Sequence record: OP360904.1 | Length of the DNA: 367 nucleotides | Reading direction: 5' to 3' (one strand) | DNA from: a phage | Translations under genes and position numbers: made by a program | The notes under the pieces: model-generated | Database searches by the model: none | What the model was told of the DNA's origin: nothing | The model's input: only the letters and a program-made list of their open reading frames with translations | Shown: positions 1 to 367 of the stretch, piece after piece | Numbering within the stretch: position 1 is the stretch's first letter | How the letters are laid out: each line of letters opens with the position of its first letter

Positions 1-367
1 TCTGACGGCTGACGTTCTGATTTACGATATTGAGGACGCGATGAACCACTATGACGTTCGCTCTGAGTACACCTCCCAGTTGGGTGAATCTCTGGCGATG
101 GCTGCCGATGGTGCGGTTCTGGCTGAGATTGCTGGACTGTGTAACTTGGCGAGCACCTCTGACGAGAACATTGAAGGTCTCGGCTCTGCCACTGTGATTG
201 AAACCGCTCAGACCAAGGTTGCTCTTACCGACCAAGTCGCTCTGGGTAAGGAGATTATTGCTGCTCTGACCAAGGCTCGTGCGGCTCTGACCAAGAACTA
301 TGTTCCGGCTGCTGACCGTGTGTTCTACTGCGACCCAGATAGCTACTCTGCGATTCTGGCTGCACTG
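1..367 (+). CDS. 10: Major capsid protein of a T7-like phage (gp10A homolog), internal fragment, partial at both 5' and 3' ends. Codon phase: codons are 2-4, 5-7 ... 365-367; nt 1 is the third base of an upstream codon.
   Basis: Seen in sequence: this frame is open across the entire window (122 codons), while the other two + frames have early stops (tga at 3-5 and at 10-12). Codon usage is strongly biased (Leu almost all CTG; Gly GGT; Ala GCT/GCG; Arg CGT/CGC; no TTA, CTA or TCA codons). Established knowledge: the translation matches, nearly residue for residue, my recollection of T7 gp10A from about ...GLLTADVLIYDIEDAMNHYDVRSEYTSQLGESLAMAADGAVLAEIAGLC... through ...ALGKEIIAALTKARAALTKNYVPAADRVFYCDPDSYSAILAAL. 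No start or stop codon of the gene is present, so its true ends cannot be given. Confidence 0.95.

Noticed and set aside
1-20. Short reiterated motif ctgacg / gctgacg at 2-7 and 8-14 (and ctctgacgag at 157-166).
   Set aside because: Hexamer-scale repeats composed of common preferred codons (CTG, ACG, GCT, GAC) are expected by chance in a codon-biased gene; no regulatory-site architecture is apparent.
32-43. A possible internal translation start: ATG at 41-43 preceded by a Shine-Dalgarno-like GAGGA at 32-36 (a second in-frame ATG lies at 98-100).
   Set aside because: The reading frame is open and homologous to capsid protein upstream of this ATG (LTADVLIYDIEDA precedes the Met), so these are internal methionine codons of a longer gene. 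The GAGGA is simply the codons for Glu-Asp, and the 4-nt spacing is shorter than optimal.
44-56. Partial resemblance (cactat) to the core of the T7 RNA polymerase promoter consensus TAATACGACTCACTATAGGGAGA.
   Set aside because: Only a 6-nt core matches. The flanking positions match the consensus at about 3 of 10 upstream and 1 of 7 downstream, and it lies in the middle of a coding region. Chance similarity.
1-367. A completely open reading frame on the minus strand spanning the whole window, in the same triplet register as the + strand codons.
   Set aside because: Minus-strand stops in this register would require TTA, CTA or TCA codons on the + strand, and the capsid gene's codon bias excludes all three. 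The open antisense frame is therefore a by-product of sense-strand codon usage and has no homology support. The other two minus-strand frames contain stops (tta at 225-227 and 255-257 in one; cta/tca/tta at 22-24, 49-51, 208-210, 298-300, 325-327, 343-345 in the other).
1-367. The programmed -1 ribosomal frameshift known for T7 gene 10 (10A/10B).
   Set aside because: In T7 the frameshift site is near the 3' end of gene 10, well downstream of the region covered here (roughly residues 100-220). No slippery heptamer plus downstream structure is evident in the window, so nothing can be said about it.
1-367. The suggestion that the window contains a novel, undescribed system (for example a defence or anti-defence locus).
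   Set aside because: The entire window is accounted for by one well-known structural gene with very high similarity to a characterised protein. There is no intergenic space, no second ORF with support, and no repeat architecture beyond one short in-frame coding repeat. Claiming novelty would be unsupported.

Overview
The whole 367-nt window is an internal fragment of one protein-coding gene on the + strand (codon phase: first complete codon at nt 2-4, last at 365-367, 122 codons, no in-frame stop, both ends truncated by the window). The translation (LTADVLIYDIEDAMNHYDVRSEYTSQLGESLAMAADGAVLAEIAGLCNLASTSDENIEGLGSATVIETAQTKVALTDQVALGKEIIAALTKARAALTKNYVPAADRVFYCDPDSYSAILAAL) is recognisably the major capsid protein of a T7-like podophage (Autographiviridae, gene 10 / gp10A homolog, HK97-fold), covering roughly residues 100-220 of the roughly 345-residue protein. 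It is a relative of T7 rather than T7 itself: compared with the T7 sequence as I recall it there are synonymous changes plus a cluster of amino-acid substitutions at about nt 146-220. There is no intergenic DNA, gene boundary, RNA gene, mobile element or CRISPR array in the window. Despite the prompt, I see no support for a novel or undescribed system here; this is an ordinary, well-characterised phage structural gene. Minor observations are a perfect 12-bp direct repeat inside the CDS and strong high-expression codon bias, which also produces an open antisense frame that is an artefact. GC content is about 54% by hand count (198/367).
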